64,000 bases of DNA from NCBI GenBank assembly GCA_013239625.1, contig MU056000.1, forward strand, positions 9,745,175-9,809,174. Reading direction: 5' to 3'. Origin of the DNA: Lama guanicoe. Its lineage: Eukaryota. Under the pieces are notes generated by a model that did no database searches, had not been told where the DNA came from, and was given only the letters and a program-made list of their open reading frames with translations. The position numbers were made by a program, and so were the translations under genes. This document shows, one piece after another, positions 38,607 to 53,162 of the stretch (position 1 is its first letter; the number at the start of each line of letters is the position of its first letter).

Positions 38607-39519
38607 CTGATGGAAAATCCAAGCAGGCAGTGTTAAAATGTGTGGTTCTTGGCCACATTTTCCCAGTTCCGGTCTACTGATACAGATAGTAATGGTCATT
38701 TTTGAAGACTGATGTACCTACAATAGCAAACCCAAGAAGGCTTGGCAAAAAAGGGTAAACCTCCAGGCTTGATTCCCGACTGAAGACACTTGTATGTTTG
38801 CATAGACCTGGCGTGGAAAGAGTGAATCTGCTAAGGATGCTGCATGCCATAAGAAACAATGGCGTCCAGATTCTATTTCACGCAGGAGACATGCTGAATG
38901 ACCTTTTAGCTATTATGACAATAGACTGCAAATGCTTGAAGCCCTATCACGGAGGGAAGGAAATAAATAACTTCTGTTTTTTTAAAGACACCAATGAAGT
39001 TAAAAGAAGAAAGACTTGGAATCAAGAAAAAAAAATTTAAAGCCATCAGAACAGCCTCCTGAAGGGACCAGCTGCCTGCCTGACCCTGAAGTAATGTGAT
39101 CTTAAAGACTGGAGCCCGGAGTCATTTAGTTCAGTCACCCACCCAGGGGTCCCTTCCATAACCACCCTGGCTGATTCTGGCCATCTTCAGGCAGAAGATA
39201 CAAGTGTTCAGAAAAGAGCTGGGCAGAGCAGAGAAATGTGGAACAAACTTCAGTGAAGTAGGGTATTTACTATGCACAGAACATAAGCATCAAGCAAACT
39301 CTTCTATCCCGAACACTCAGAAAGGGTGGGACCAGAGAGATGAGAGGACGGAGGAGAGGATGTCTGCATTCTCAGCTTCCTTCTAAGCCCACTATTTCTA
39401 TCATTGTCACTCAAAATTATAGAAAGTGTAGGGCCACAAGAAAACTCAGCAACACTTAATCCTGTTGGGTGAGAATAAAGCCCGTCGCAACTATGGACTA
39501 ATCCTTTGAACACACTTGA

Positions 39520-39746
39520 GAATATTTCTTAACCTCAGCCCTATCGGAATCTGCGGCTGAATGGCTCTTCGTGATGGAGGACTGTGCTGTGCACAGTCAG
39601 GATGTTTAGCAGCATCCCTGACCTCTAACTCTTGTGATGCCGGTAGACCCCTTAACCCCCCAACCCTAATTATAGCAAACAAAAGTGTCTCCAGTCATTG
39701 CAAAATGTCCACTAAGAGCAAATGTGCCCCTAGTTGAGAATCACTG
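39520..39746 (-). mobile_element. MER20 hAT-Charlie MITE
   Basis: ggatgtttagcagcatccctg...aaagtgtctccagtcattgcaaaatgtcc...gttgagaatcactg. Confidence 0.8.
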
Positions 39747-39782
39747 CTTTAAAATAACTTTATATTTGATCTTCACCCCTAC

Positions 39783-40014
39783 CTGTTGGCCAGAGTTTGC
39801 ACTTCCACAAGCTTTTCTCCATAAATGAACTTATAGCCCCGAATAAAGGAGAGGTATGATTTGGGCGTCACATGGGTAGAACGTCGGAATCTTTGGAAAT
39901 AATCGACACATTTCTCAGCCACCCCATCCTGGAAGGAGCCCATGCACTGGACCACTTCCTTCTTGGTTTCCAAACTGCAGTCAATATCATAGGAAGAGAG
40001 GAAGTGTTCAGACA
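39783..40014 (-). CDS. DNAH5: DNAH5 coding exon (~exon 56), 232 nt
   Basis: (V)[76 protein letters not shown](R); cag/gtagg. Confidence 0.96.
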
Positions 40015-41854
40015 CTGGAAAGAATAAAGACAGCAGTGTGTGAGATATGAAAGCGAATTATCATTTTAAAAGTTAACTGGCTATTTTTTAAAACTTAGAC
40101 AATCCTTAGGAATGCATGCCATCTTTATAGCCCCAGCTAGCTAGATACACGGCAGCAGTTTTGGCCCCAGGTCTCTGACATCAAAATTTTATCGTCCCTT
40201 TCATGTACAAAACTAGAACAGACTTTAAACCTATCATAATTCTTTGTTTTCTGGTACACATACAAAGAAGTCTCTTCTCCACAGCTGTAGGTTCTGGTCA
40301 GCAGCCAGCCTGTTTTACGGTTTACATAAGGACAAAAGTGGTACAAACAACTCAGAAATCAATACCCACCTGGTACTCATATTTAACAATCCCAGTAACT
40401 TATTTATTTATTTCACTCAGAACCTGCCATAACCTTAACTCTCCAGGTTCAGACTGTATTTGGCATGTGGAATGTTCATCATTAAATTTTTTTATGCCTG
40501 GGCCATCTTGTCCTTAAATGTGGCAGCTGGCCACCTGTAGTCAATTCGAATTTATGGTATCCTTTAAAAATGGATGAACAAAAGTCTCCTGTTGTAGACC
40601 TTTATCTTCCCAACAGTGCCAAACACGGGACAGATTCTAAGACAGTATTTCTTATTATAAGATTAGGCCATGAAGTCAGAGCTAATCCATCATCACTTAC
40701 ATAGAGAATGTGTGCCAAACGCCCACCACTATGACACTTGGTCTCAACTCCAAGGAATTCACAAGGGTCATGCATAACGCAGTTAAAAATGATCAAAGCC
40801 ATCTTTATGCATCTTAGAAAAAAATGGCCTATGGATTGGCTTTAAAAGTGCTAAAAAGTATTGAATAATAGACATAGTGTTGCAAATAGAAATACGGCCA
40901 ATAAAATGGGAGGGAAAAGAGGAAGAATCAAGGAACCGAGTGAACAAACCTATCAAGTCATAACTTGACAGAAAAATGAAAAATGGTGTCTTTCATCAGT
41001 AAGTCTCACTATATTAAGTTCTTGATGCTGTAATTGTAGGGTGGTGTTTACATTTATGTAAATAATAGAGACAATTGATCAGCGTGGTTACAAATACAGT
41101 TTAACATATACACTGAAAGGCAATAAATTAAGACCCTCAGAAGTCGTATTTTTTTCATATGTAGTTAAGCAAATACTATCAACAATTTAAATTCTAGGAA
41201 GGTTAAGTCTGGTCACTGGAAATATAGGAACAATTCTTTCCCGTGACAAATTGTTTCTCAGTATTAATCACAGTGGCTGAAGTACTGTCTGTGTGCTAGG
41301 AATGACACCAAGCTTTATGGAATATCCTCAGGGACAACCCCACTTTCTGAAAACTTTCTTGTATTTGTCATATAATGATTTTTTTCTTTCTTACATAAAA
41401 CAGAGAGTATCAAAATGGTGCCTTTTTTCTTGATGTACCAAGTTGTCTTTTTGTCTCTCCCAAAAGTCAGAATAAAAATGGGATGGATTCAAAACATATT
41501 TTTCCATAGACCCACAATCTCCAATGCCGGAAAGGTTGGGGGGCGGGGGGGGTGCAGTTCCTCGTAGGGCGTCCTAAGCCTGCTGAGACTCAGACGCAAG
41601 CCATAGAAAACCCTTCTGTCACCTTCACTGTCCAGTCACCAGGGCAGCAAAGCCAGTTTGGGGGCCCACCTTTAGGCTGATGTCTGAGGCTGCTGTGGGT
41701 TATATCCTGGTACTGTTTGCTCACTTCACCTGATGTAGAACAGATGAGGTGGGATAGAAGGGAGGACACTGACCTCGGTCCCTGAATTTAGATGCCCTCA
41801 AACTTCCACCTCATTTGGATTCGATGAACTGAAGTAATAAAGTGAGGAAGACGC

Positions 41855-42400
41855 ATTTGTTGCCTATCCAGTAGCCATTCCCTCTTTGTTTTGTGTTTTT
41901 TTACTTTTCACTTCTCACATGTACTTTATTTTTTGTATATATATATATATTTTTTTTTTATTGAAAGATAGTCAGTTTACCATCCCCTCTCTTTGTGACT
42001 TAAAGAATCCCAACTTCGCTTAGAGTAACAATCTAACTCCCAACTAAAACTCTTTGATTCCCCAGACTGTCTTGTCACTGGGGCAGGGGGTGAGGCGCAG
42101 TTCTGGCCAATGACACGTAGACAAAAGTCCCTGGGGCAGAATCTTGCCCTGAAGTAAAAGGCAAAGCTTCATGAGGCACCAAGAGACGCAAAGCCTTGAG
42201 ATGCAGCCGCCATCTTGTGCCTATAAGAGCCACAGCCTAAGGAGGTAGGAGTAAGGTTCCCAACAGCATTGCTTTGACTGCACATCTCTGTGTTTTCCTG
42301 GTACCAGGAAAAAGAAACAAACAAAAAAAAAAACCCTACTTATTTACACCACTGCTTCTCTGATTTTCTCTTACAGACAAACACATTCTTAACCGATACA
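41855..42400. mobile_element. MLT1-like MaLR LTR relic interrupted by a short L1 tail (~41890-41982, minus)
   Basis: ttctggccaatgacacgtag, gcagccgccatcttgtg and terminal cattcttaaccgataca; cccctct..tttgt repeated around the insert. Confidence 0.55.
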
Positions 42401-43469
42401 TTCAGAGGCAAGCATATCTAATCCCAGCAGATTCTAAATCACAAAACTTAACTTAATCAGTGAATCCTTACAACACCCCTAAATGATGGATATCACTATG
42501 TACATTTTGTAGATAAGGAAATGAAGCTTAGAGAAGTTTGCTGGTAAGTAGCAGAACTGGACTTCAAAGCCTGAGATGATGAATTCCAAAGCTCACATCA
42601 CCTTGATTTAGAAATTCAAGTAAAACGATACTACACAAAGTCTTTTTAGTGCCAAACATTTTTTTAATTAAAGCCTAAGTTCAAAGACATCTGCTAATGT
42701 GCTTTATAAACAAAATATGCTAACTTTTCTGGGAAACAGTGGGAACTACTGTGGTTGGCTTTACTTTCTGAGCAGTTATTGTGTGCAGTTGTCTCATCTC
42801 TCTTTCTGCTGCATCATTAGTTGCAAACAGTTGCAAAAGCAATGGTGGCAAACTCATAAGGCCAAAATCTTGTATAGTATAAACTGAGTAATAATTTTCA
42901 AAGAGGGACAGTTTATTTACATAATTAAGATGGCGGTCTTTGAAATATGCCAAAAATATGCTATTGATTTTAGTTCCAATTTAATAATACTGTGCTGATA
43001 TAAAATGGTGTCTAGTCAAACATTAATAATTATCTTTGCCTTGGAGAAATCTAAATGAATTTAATTGATTTAATAGTAACTTTGGAATCAAAAGGTTTCA
43101 TTAAGAAATGCGATACCCCCAGAATGAAGATAATACAGATACTTAGAAACAACTCAAAACAACTCCACATAAAGCTGAAAACAAAGATTTGCCAAAATGA
43201 AGATTACTAAATGGTGGGAAAGCTTAGAGTTTTACAAAGCATATTTTCCTTTAAATGTTTCACCCAGAAATTCAGTCCATTTCAATTCATACATATTAAG
43301 AACTCACTTTTTAAAAAAGCAATATAGTTATTAAAATCCTACAAAATCTAGCATCTATTGTATATGTGGGATAAAGGGGAGGACACTTGGCTCTTTCTGA
43401 CTATCTTTAAATTAGAAAAATACTCTAAAGAACAAGAATAAACTATCCAAAAAAGAAATTAAGATAATA

Positions 43470-45495
43470 ATCTCACTTATATTAGCATCAAAAATAAAAT
43501 AAAATATCTAGAAATAAATTAAACCAATGATGTGAAAGATTTGTGCTGAAAACTATAAAACACTAATGAAAGAAATTACAGCAGATATAAATATATAGAA
43601 AGATATCATATGTTAATGGGTTGCAAGAATTAGTATTTTTCAAGTATCTATACTACCCAAAGTAACTTACAGATTTAACGTAATTCCTATCAAAATTCCA
43701 AAGGCAGTTTATACAGAAGTAGAAAAAAAAAAAAAGTCCTAAAATCCATAGGGAACCACTGAAGAACCCAAATAACCAAAATCATTTTGAGCAAGAACAA
43801 ATCAAAATCACTTTCTGATTTCAAAATATGTAACAAACCTACAAAAATCAAAACAGCATGGTACTAGCATAAACACAGACATGTAGACGAGTGGAACAGA
43901 ATAGAGAGCCCAGAAATAAACCCTGACACACATACAGTCATACGACCTTCAACAAGGGTGCCAAGAACACACAGTGGTGAAAGGACAGCCTCTTCAGTAA
44001 ATCCTGTTGAGGAAACGGGATAGCCATATGCAAAAGAATGAAATTGGACCCTTATCTTACACCATACACAAAAATCAACTCAAAATGGTTTAAACACTTA
44101 AACATAAGCCCTGAACCATAAAACTCCTAGAAGAAACTGTAGAGGAAAAGCTTTTTGACAATGAGTCTTGGTAATGATTTTTTGGATGTGACACCAAAAA
44201 GTACAAGCAACAAAAGCAAAAATAGACAAGTGGGATTACAAACTAAAAAGCTTATGCCCAGCAAAGTAAATAATCAACACATGAACAGGCAATTTACAGA
44301 AGAGGAGAACATATTTGCAAACCTAATAAAGGGTTAAATATATATATATATATAAGGAATTCCTACAACTCAATAGTAAAGAACAAGTAACATGATTAAA
44401 ATGGGCAAGGAACTGAACAGATATTTCTCCAAAGATATACAAATGGCCAACAGGTATATGAAAAGATGCTCAGTGTCACTAAGCATCAGAGAAATGCAAA
44501 CCAAAACCACAGGGAGATATTACCTCATACCTGTTAAGATGGCTTTTATAAAAAAAAAAATTTTGTTTAAATTTTAAACATAACGGGGTGGCCAGGATGT
44601 AGAGAAAAGGAACCCCTGTACACTATTGGTGGGAATATAAGTTGGTACGACCACTATGAGAAACAGTAAGAGATTGCCTCAAAAAATTAAAAATAGAACT
44701 ACCAAATAATCCAGCCATCCCACTTTGGGGTAGATATCCAAAGAAACTGAAATCAAGATACTGAAGATACATCTACACTCCCTTGTTCACTGCAGCGTTA
44801 TTCACAATAGCCAAGACCCCTGAGGGTCCATCGACAGATGAATGGATAAAGAAAATGTGGTATTTACATACAATGGAATATTATTTAGCCTTAAAATAAG
44901 AAGGAAATTCTGCCATTTGCAACAACACGAATAAACCAGACCAGAAGGAAAAATACCACCTGATACCATTCACATGAGGAATCTAAAACAATCAAATCAC
45001 AGAAGCAGAGTAGACTGGTAGTTGCTAGAGGACACGAGGTGGAGAAAATGAGGACATCTTAGTCAAAAGGTGTAAAGTTTCAGTTACACAAAATGAGTAA
45101 GTCCTACAGATCTTCTGTACAGCATATGACAGTTAACATATGTACTGTACAGCATATGCAGTTAACAATACTGCACTGAATAGTTAAAAGTTTGCTAAGT
45201 GGGTAGATCTTATGTCAGGTTTTCTTACCACAAAGATAATCATCAATTTGACACAACATTGTAAAATGATTATAAATCAAAAAAAAATATTTTAAAAAAT
45301 AATAATCATTATCATCATCATCATTAAAGAAGCGAGGAGGGGTCTTTTGGAGATAATAATGCATACATTTATGGCATAGATTATAGTTTAACGGGTAAAC
45401 ACTCATCTCCAAACTTGTCAAGTTGTATACATTAAGGATGTACAGTTCTTTGTATGTCATTCAGACTTCACTAAAGGGGTTTTAAAAAAATAAAA
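43470..45495 (+). mobile_element. ~2-kb degenerate L1 (ORF2 3' half and 3' UTR) with a nested short L1 tail at ~45245-45300
   Basis: gaacagaatagagagcccagaaataaaccc, cttacaccatacacaaaaatcaactcaaaatgg, gaatggataaagaaaatgtgg; many stops and frameshifts. Confidence 0.92.
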
Positions 45496-46319
45496 ATAAA
45501 GTACATCTTGATGACTAAATAAATTAGAAAAATGCACAATAATTCAGTACTTTTATGGAAAACATTTATTATAATCTAAATGAAATATGCTAACAAAATG
45601 GTATCTTTTCTTATTGATGTGCCTGGAGATAATAATTTAATTCAGAATCCAGATCTTAAAGGCAACTTAAATGGTTTTTCTCGAAATCTTATTCCTAATT
45701 TTCTAAAAAGAATAAATAACACTTACACCCCTAAGTGGACTGAGTACTTCCAATGCTCACAAATGGTATTCCTTCAAAACAACACAAGGCAGATTAATAT
45801 TAAGTGTAGATGTCGGTTTTCCCAACAAGGTTTTGTATTCATAAAACAAAGAAGGTATGTCTCGTGTCTTACAATTATTTTATCCACAACTATGACTAGC
45901 ACGGTACTGTATATGCAGGCAGTAGGCTGGCTCTAAACATTTACTAGACTAGATCAGAGACATAGTCACAATAGCTCATTGGTTACCAAAAGGTTTAAAA
46001 AGATTGAAATGCCCAGGTGCATTATATACGGTTTAAGCGCTATAGACATAAAAGGTCCAAGAAAGGGGGAAAAAAAACTAAATATTCCTAAGTGAACAAA
46101 GGACCTGATGTGTCTTGATTAAGCTTTGAAACTTCGATAAAAAAGATGGCAGAGAACAGTCTTGACGGGGAGACAATGGGGGAGAACACAGATAATCAGA
46201 GGATATTCAGGGTTCAAACAAAAGAGGTATATCTGAAAGAAAGAAGGTTATGTTGGATTAGAGAAGACTGCAAGTAAGTCAGGGCCATATTATGGAAGGA
46301 TGATGAATCTTGATGGTCT

Positions 46320-47400
46320 GATTCATTGACTCAACCCTGCAGGTGTCAGGCTCTGTCGCTCCTGAAATTGTGAACAAAGATTATATAGTCTGTGAGCCCA
46401 CAAAGTTTTAGTTTAGTAGGACAGATAAGCAATAATCAAATCACACAAGTAAGTATATAAATTGAAAACTATGGTTATTCCGAGAAGGAAGAGCAGAGTG
46501 CTGTGAAATGCGTAACAGGACAATTGGGGGGGGGGGGAGCAGGGGACGTTTTCCCTGAGGAAGTGACATTTAGCTGAACCAGCAGTATCCGGACAAAGGG
46601 AGGAGGGCTCAGGGAGAACTGGAGGAGGAGAGCAAAACATGGGAAGAGAAAGGCCACGTTCAAGACTCAAGGAGAACAGAGCAGGAGGAAAAAGTGACCT
46701 CAGGTGAGGCAGGGGAGGTAGGCAGGGCCAGCTCTTTCCAGCCTTGCAGGCCATGCTAGAAACCGCTTTTTCCTGAGAGCAGTGGAAGGTTTTGAGTTGA
46801 AAGCAATGTGATGGGGTTTGTGTTTTTCTCATTGTTCTGTCGGCAATGTGAGATGGATGAGAGACAGGCGAGAGGAGGAGCGACCACCAGAAAGCGATTT
46901 GAGTCTTCCAGGTGAGTTACAATGATAGCTTGGCCTAGGATGCCAGCGACAGGGAAAGGGTTGGATAGTTTCCAGCAATATTCAGGTGATAAAGTTGGCA
47001 TGAGTTAGCGATGGAGTAGACTTGAGAGTTGAAGAAAAGGAAGATGTTAAAGACAAAGAGTTCTCTGATTGCCAAGTTTCATGCACCATCATGAGACTTC
47101 CTGGGAGACAGTAATCAGAAGAGAACCAGTTCAGTTTTAGACGTTTTCAGCTGAAGGAGCCTAAGAAACATCTACGAGAACGTATCAAGCAGGCAGTTGA
47201 GGGCACAGATTTGAAGCCAGAGGACAGGCGAGACCAGACATAAAAATTGATGGTGCATATTACACAGGAGGCTGTGGATGAGCTTGGCAGGGAAGAGGAT
47301 CTGGAGTGAAGAAATGAGTCTGCCTTGCCCTCCAATATGCCAAGCTCCATAAGCGGCAAGAAGCTCAATAAATACATTCTAAATAAATGAGCAAATAGAC
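46320..47400 (-). mobile_element. L2 fragments
   Basis: ccctgaggaagtgacatttagctga, gcagtggaaggttttgag, ggatagtttccag motifs; boundaries approximate. Confidence 0.55.
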
Positions 47401-47655
47401 GCATGCATGAAAGTCAGGACACTTGCTAGGAACTGAGGAAACAGAAACAAAAGTTTCCCTGCCCTCCATATAATCTTGACTTGGGTTGTTGCAATAAGAT
47501 TTTTTTAAATGGGGCAGATTTGGGAGAAATAAACAAAAGAAGGACTTTTGTCTTGTAATAGGAGGGACGACTGAAATAAAGACTTGACAGAAGGAGCTCC
47601 ATTATTTAAATTAAATCATCCTAATTGTGGTATTAGGTGTGTGTCACCTGAAATT

Positions 47656-48034
47656 AATTTTTTATTGAAGTACACTCAAGTTACAATGTTGCGTCATTTT
47701 CTGGTGTATAGCATAATGTTTCAGTCATACGTATACATATATTGGTTTTCATATTCTTTTTCAGTATAAGTTACTACAAGATATTGAATAGAGTTCCCTG
47801 AGCTATACAGTAGAAACTTTTTGTTTATCTATTTTATATAGAGTAGTGAACATTTGCAAATCCTGAACTCCCAATTTATCCCTTCCCACCCCCTTTCCCT
47901 CAGTAACCATAAGTTTGTTTTCTATGTCTGCAAATCTGTTTCTATTTTCTGTAAATAAGTTAATTTGTGTCTTTTTTTTTTTTAGATTCCACATATAGGT
48001 GATATCATATGGTATTTTTCTTTCTTTTTCTGTC
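47656..48034 (-). mobile_element. Short L1 3' end
   Basis: ttttattgaagtacactcaagttacaatg...tagattccacatataggtgatatcatatggtatt; tgaaatt on both flanks. Confidence 0.85.
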
Positions 48035-48466
48035 TTGAAATTTTTATTTTTATTGTTAATAATACCTTACATGAGATTCTGCCCCCTTGAAAAAGAACAC
48101 AAATGCTATCTAAGAGATGAAAACCTCAGTGCCCTCCTGCGACATCCCAGAACTTGCCTGGGGACCAACTGAGACAAAGCTTTCCACCACACTGAAAACA
48201 CTGAAATTTCTGTAAATAAACCCAAGGAGTACAGACTGAAGATCTCATTCTCTGGTAATCACACTCTGGCGGGGGAAAAAAAAATCAGCTGCCAAATGAG
48301 AAAGAGCACAACCTTTCAAAAATCCTCAAACTTTGGACAAACTTTGGGCAAACTTTGGGTTCAATCCAGTAGAGAGACAGCAAACAGCACAGAGTGTAAA
48401 TAAATAAACACACACATACACAGAGCAAACCAGAAACTCTGACATAAACATTTCCACCACACTAAC

Positions 48467-48734
48467 CAGCAATTAAGGCATCCTTGGGCCATCGGCTGAA
48501 CCAGTCAATAGTGCATCCTGAAATGAGGGCGGGGAACTTCAAAGCTCGATTTCGAAATTTCTCCCCGACCGGGGAGAAGCAGAGCACAATGTGAAGGTTC
48601 TGCCGGACTCGGCTCATGAAGTAGTCATACAGGTTCTCATTGGTAGGAGGGCGCCTGGGGTGTTCCTTTTTCATGGCAGATATGAGTACACTACTAATTT
48701 CATCAATTTCTTCACGAGCGAACAGGCTGGAGAC
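48467..48734 (-). CDS. DNAH5: DNAH5 coding exon (~exon 55), 268 nt, AAA4
   Basis: [17 protein letters not shown]...[46 protein letters not shown]; aag/gttag. Confidence 0.96.
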
Positions 48735-49225
48735 CTTCAAGAAAAAGGCAGACATTCCAATTCAGCACAGGCAACAGATCAGAACAGACAGCTTGATACG
48801 TATGATGTCTTTCCTTCATTTGTGTCTTTAATCTCACCTTTAAAAAAATCCACCAAAAGTCCTCAAGATGAACTACACCACATTTTAAAATACACAAATG
48901 ATTCTATTATTAGCTGGAAAGTCATAGCCCTTTAATGGGGTAAATGGACATATCAAAAATCCAATCAGCTTTCCTTATAACCTCCTTCTTCTGTTTTTCC
49001 ACTTCTCATTTGGAGCTTTCATTAACGTTTTCAAAGCACAGCTCCACATTTTGATTGGAAGTTTTATTCTTCAAAAATCTAACAGAAAAAGCCATTCTTC
49101 ATACTGATCACCTAATCCCCAACAACAGCTCTTATTCAGAACTCTAATGGAAGGAAATACAGAGAGCTCTAATGTTGGAGGGAGTCTGAGGAGGCAAAAC
49201 ACATAAAGGAGAAATGAGCTCTTAC

Positions 49226-49379
49226 CTCACCCGATGATAAAACGTTGTTCATATATTCCAAAAATGACTCATCTTTTATCTCATTGTCAGTGAAAATAAA
49301 AGTGACTCCTTTGCCTTGCTGACCGGCTGTTCTATACAAAACCTTCAGGTCTTCCATCAGATTTGATGTGTTGTAGGAT
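49226..49379 (-). CDS. DNAH5: DNAH5 coding exon (~exon 54), 154 nt, AAA4
   Basis: [51 protein letters not shown]; tag/gtaag. Confidence 0.96.
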
Positions 49380-50444
49380 CTAAAGAAATAGTGTCATTGT
49401 GTCATTAGCTCAAATATTTTAACGGGAAGGAAATATCCTTGTAACAATGCTTTATGACATTTGGTTAACAAAAAAAATGCTAATATTGTTCCATCAGACT
49501 GCAGGTAAATGTTACTGGTTCATTATATTTACCCACAAAAATGAAAATAATTTTTAAAACTCTATATTTTATAAAACATTCTATTTTTACACACAGTCAA
49601 AAAATCTAGAGTGAAAAGTCAACCTGAAGCAAAAATACAATTTTTTACCACAACTAAATGCCATCAGAATGTGTATACACATGTATCATTTTGAAAACAT
49701 TTGTTGGTCAAGATAATGAAAAAGCCAAACTGGGATGTTTCCTAAGCACCCATCTGCAACTGATACTTTAAAAGAAATTTCATAACTTGAAGTAAACTAA
49801 ACTCAATCATTTCAAGCCTTTGCTATACGGGGTGAGGGAGAATCTCTGAGATAAATGGTACCCTGCTCATCCCCCAACACTGCATCTTTGGATCTCATGC
49901 GAAAGAATGTTCAGAGCAATCAGTACACAGCAGTAGAATCATTGGAAACATTATTAAATATCCCACTCTAAATCTTCTCTCAGACCCAAAGCAATCCTTT
50001 AGTGGAATCAAGCAGCAACCATAACGTGTTAGAGAGATCCCAAAATAGAATAGCCCATTACTGCCAAAAGTGAAAATTTAAATATCCCAATCCTGGAGAT
50101 TCGGGTTCGCTAAATTAAGTTTTCTCTCTTACAAGAGGCAGTTATCACTGTTTTTGCCAAATAATAAAATTAGTATTTAAGCTTATTTTCTTCTTTGTCT
50201 TTTTTAATTCCATCATCTATGCTGTATTTTGGCATATTGCGTCATTAAATAAACTCAGAGTTCAGAGTACAAAAACAAACGGCCTTCTGATTTTTAAAAG
50301 GCTACCAAATATTTAACTTCTATACTCCATGCTTTTTTAGCATCTAAAACCATAACCCTAGAAGTAGAAATATCAGTACCATGCATCAATATTTTAAGTG
50401 AGATCTGAGAGATCAGGAAAAAAAATTTCAGACAAAGGTCCCTG

Positions 50445-50531
50445 AAGGAAAGAAAAAGGAAGGAAGGAAAGAAAGAGAGAGAGAGAGAAAGGAAGAAAGA
50501 GAGAGAGAGAGAAAGGAAGAAAGAGAGAAAG

Positions 50532-50586
<55 letters not shown>

Positions 50587-50591
50587 AGAAA

Positions 50592-50638
<47 letters not shown>

Positions 50639-50789
50639 GAAGGAAGAAAGAAAGGAAGAAAGGAAGGAAGAAAGGAAAGAAGAAAGAAAGAAAGAAGAAA
50701 AGAAAGAAAGAAAGAAAGGGAGGGAGGAAGGAAAAGAAAGAAAGAAAGAAGGGAAGGAAGGAAGGGAGGGAGGAAGGAAGGAAAGAGGA
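50445..50789. repeat. ~345-bp polypurine compound microsatellite (AAAG/GGAA/AG)
   Basis: Direct reading; source of the spurious F/L/S-rich ORFs. Confidence 0.97.
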
Positions 50790-51919
50790 CAATGGAAAAT
50801 ACCTCACCCCAGCTTCTCATGACGTGAAGGGAAGATCTCAGCCCAGTCCCCTCAATCTCAATGACCCCACTGCCTGAAACAATACGACCTGTGTCATCTA
50901 ACAAATGGCTGTGCTTCGCAAAGGAGAGGCACGTGCTTCCTGAGCCTTGGTCACGTGGCCGTGCAAAGGCTAAGGCAGTAGGATGGTCTCTGGAAGATTA
51001 TGAGAAGGCAGAGAAGGCCTTGCCCCTCCTTTTCATCAGTACTGGAGCATTCCCATGACAACACGCAGAGGAACTAATGTATCACAGGAATAGGAGAGGC
51101 AAGGTGCTTTTACTGAGGCAGCGGGGGGTGGTGAAAGTCATGGCAGACCAGAAACCAGAAATATTTTGGCCAACTCCCAGGTTTATTGGAGATTTCAAGC
51201 AACTCTTAGCCTCTCTGAGCCTCAGCTGCGAGACGGACTAGATGACCTGCTAACCCACAAAGCCAAAAAGTTCTTCTGAAGAGCAGATTAGCTCATGCAT
51301 GTAAAAGCACTTTGAAAACGATAAGGTTTCATAAAAATGTTAAGAACAAAAATCTCAGAGTTCAACCCCTCTCCTATAGAGGTTATCCTTTATCTAACTT
51401 GGTTTCCATCCATAAACTAAAAGAATTATACACAAGGTAACTAGAATTCTTTCTCTCTGTTTCAGCAGTTGGTAAAAACAGTGAACTTTTGGATTTATTC
51501 TCCAAGCAGAACCCTACAATTTAGACCAAATAAAAGGTGTAACCACAACAACTTGAGTATCTGGATCTCCAAACCCAGTGTTTAATAATTTTCAACCTTT
51601 ATCCCGGCAGGTGACTATGGATCTCCATCAGTGAGACAGATCAGCAGCATGTCTGCCCTACGGGGCCAAGTCAACACTTGGTCAGTGCCCAACAGGCAAG
51701 ACTCTTACTCTCACACCTAGAAATTAACTTCTGATCACTTTCAGCCCAATTAAACTTCCCAAACTGGCCTCCTGCTTCTCACCTCATCTTGGTTACTCCT
51801 GAAGTTCTGTTGAGCCTCTCTGCATCACCCCTGCTTGTATCTCTTCTGTTCACATCCCACCTTCTACTTCTCCCTGCTCTGCACACACTCCAGGGGAAAT
51901 TCTTCTGGTTTCCCTACCT

Positions 51920-52655
51920 TGATGAATAGCAGTGCCATATATCGAGTTCCTCAAGCCAGAACTAGGATGTACCAAGTCCAAAAGCTCCACCTTCCTGAGG
52001 ATCTCTTAAATCTGCTCTCTTTTCTTCAACTCTCACTGCCACCACTCATGACACCACCGCCTCTCGCTGAGATCCCTGAGTCAGCCTTCAAACCCTTCCA
52101 GCTTAGCTCCTTCCGTCCACTTTCTGTACATGCAAATCCGACATCCCTTCCCTAGTGACGACTGGTTTCCCATCGCACTGGGATGAAGTCCCAATTCCTG
52201 GTGACACTTTCAAAGCCCTCCATTTCTCTTCCCGTCCCACTTTCCTCCTAATCTGTACACCAGCCATATTTAACTGTTTCCAGGGCCTCAACTGGGACTT
52301 CACATGTGCTGATCATTTGCCTGGAACATTCTTTACTGCTCCTCTTCTCTGAGATAACTTTACCCATATTCAGGTCTCAGGTGAAACATCTCTTTCTCTA
52401 GGAAGACTTTTCTAATCATCCCCGAAACTAGGTTAGGAATTCCCTGCCCGTGTTTCAGCAGAATCTCATCTGCATTTATTTCCTCATCAGAGATAGCATC
52501 TACCTATCACACCTCATTTAATGAGTTGCTCAGCTGTCCCCATTGAACTGCTGTAAACTCCATGATGACACAGATCTACCTTGTACCCCAGCACCAAGCC
52601 AGTGCCTGACACATAGTTGGTGTTCAATGAATATTTTCAAATGTGTGAATGAGTA
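51920..52655 (+). mobile_element. L2 3' fragment
   Basis: Ends cagtgcctgacacatagttggtgttcaatgaatatttt...gtgaatgagt, an L2-type tail. Confidence 0.6.
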
Positions 52656-53031
52656 AATCAATATAAACCTTTCATCCATTTTTCCAGTGATTAACATTCT
52701 TGAAATCTGAATTAGCATTTAGTAAGGATAAATTTCTTCTGAAACGCACTAAAAGGAATACACACAATATTCATATCAAGCATAACATAAAAACAGAGAG
52801 GCAATTCTTCACTGTAACTAGATGCTGGAGTGTTTCCAAGGCAATTTATTAACATGAAATTTTCATGGTCTATAACAGAGGTTGAAAGGGGAAGGTGATA
52901 AGTCGGCATTCAAGAAGGAAAACTATCATAATTCCTTCAGGTATGAGAAAAATGCATTCTTAACTCCAAGTAGCCTCTGAGAACCGTTTATCAAAATCCA
53001 TTTCAGGTTAATTAGAGTGAAAGCGTGTTAC

Positions 53032-53162
53032 CTTGTCAGAGTGATCTGGAAGGAAGCGTAGCCAGCAATGAATGAAGCCAACCTTGTCAAGCTCTGCTTT
53101 CCCGATCCGCCCACCCCCACCAGGAGGGCATTTCCCCGGGGAGTACGAATGACACGTGAGAT
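53032..53162 (-). CDS. DNAH5: DNAH5 coding exon (~exon 53), 131 nt, AAA4 P-loop
   Basis: [43 protein letters not shown](R); intact Walker A GVGGSGKQ; tag/gtaa. Confidence 0.97.

Noticed and set aside
48328..48360. Three copies of an 11-mer (aaactttggRc)
   Set aside because: An ordinary short tandem repeat without spacers; not CRISPR-like.
50394..50904. 137-aa and 158-aa Phe/Leu/Ser-rich ORFs resembling membrane proteins
   Set aside because: They are translations of the (CTTT)n/(CCTT)n microsatellite, which lacks stops.
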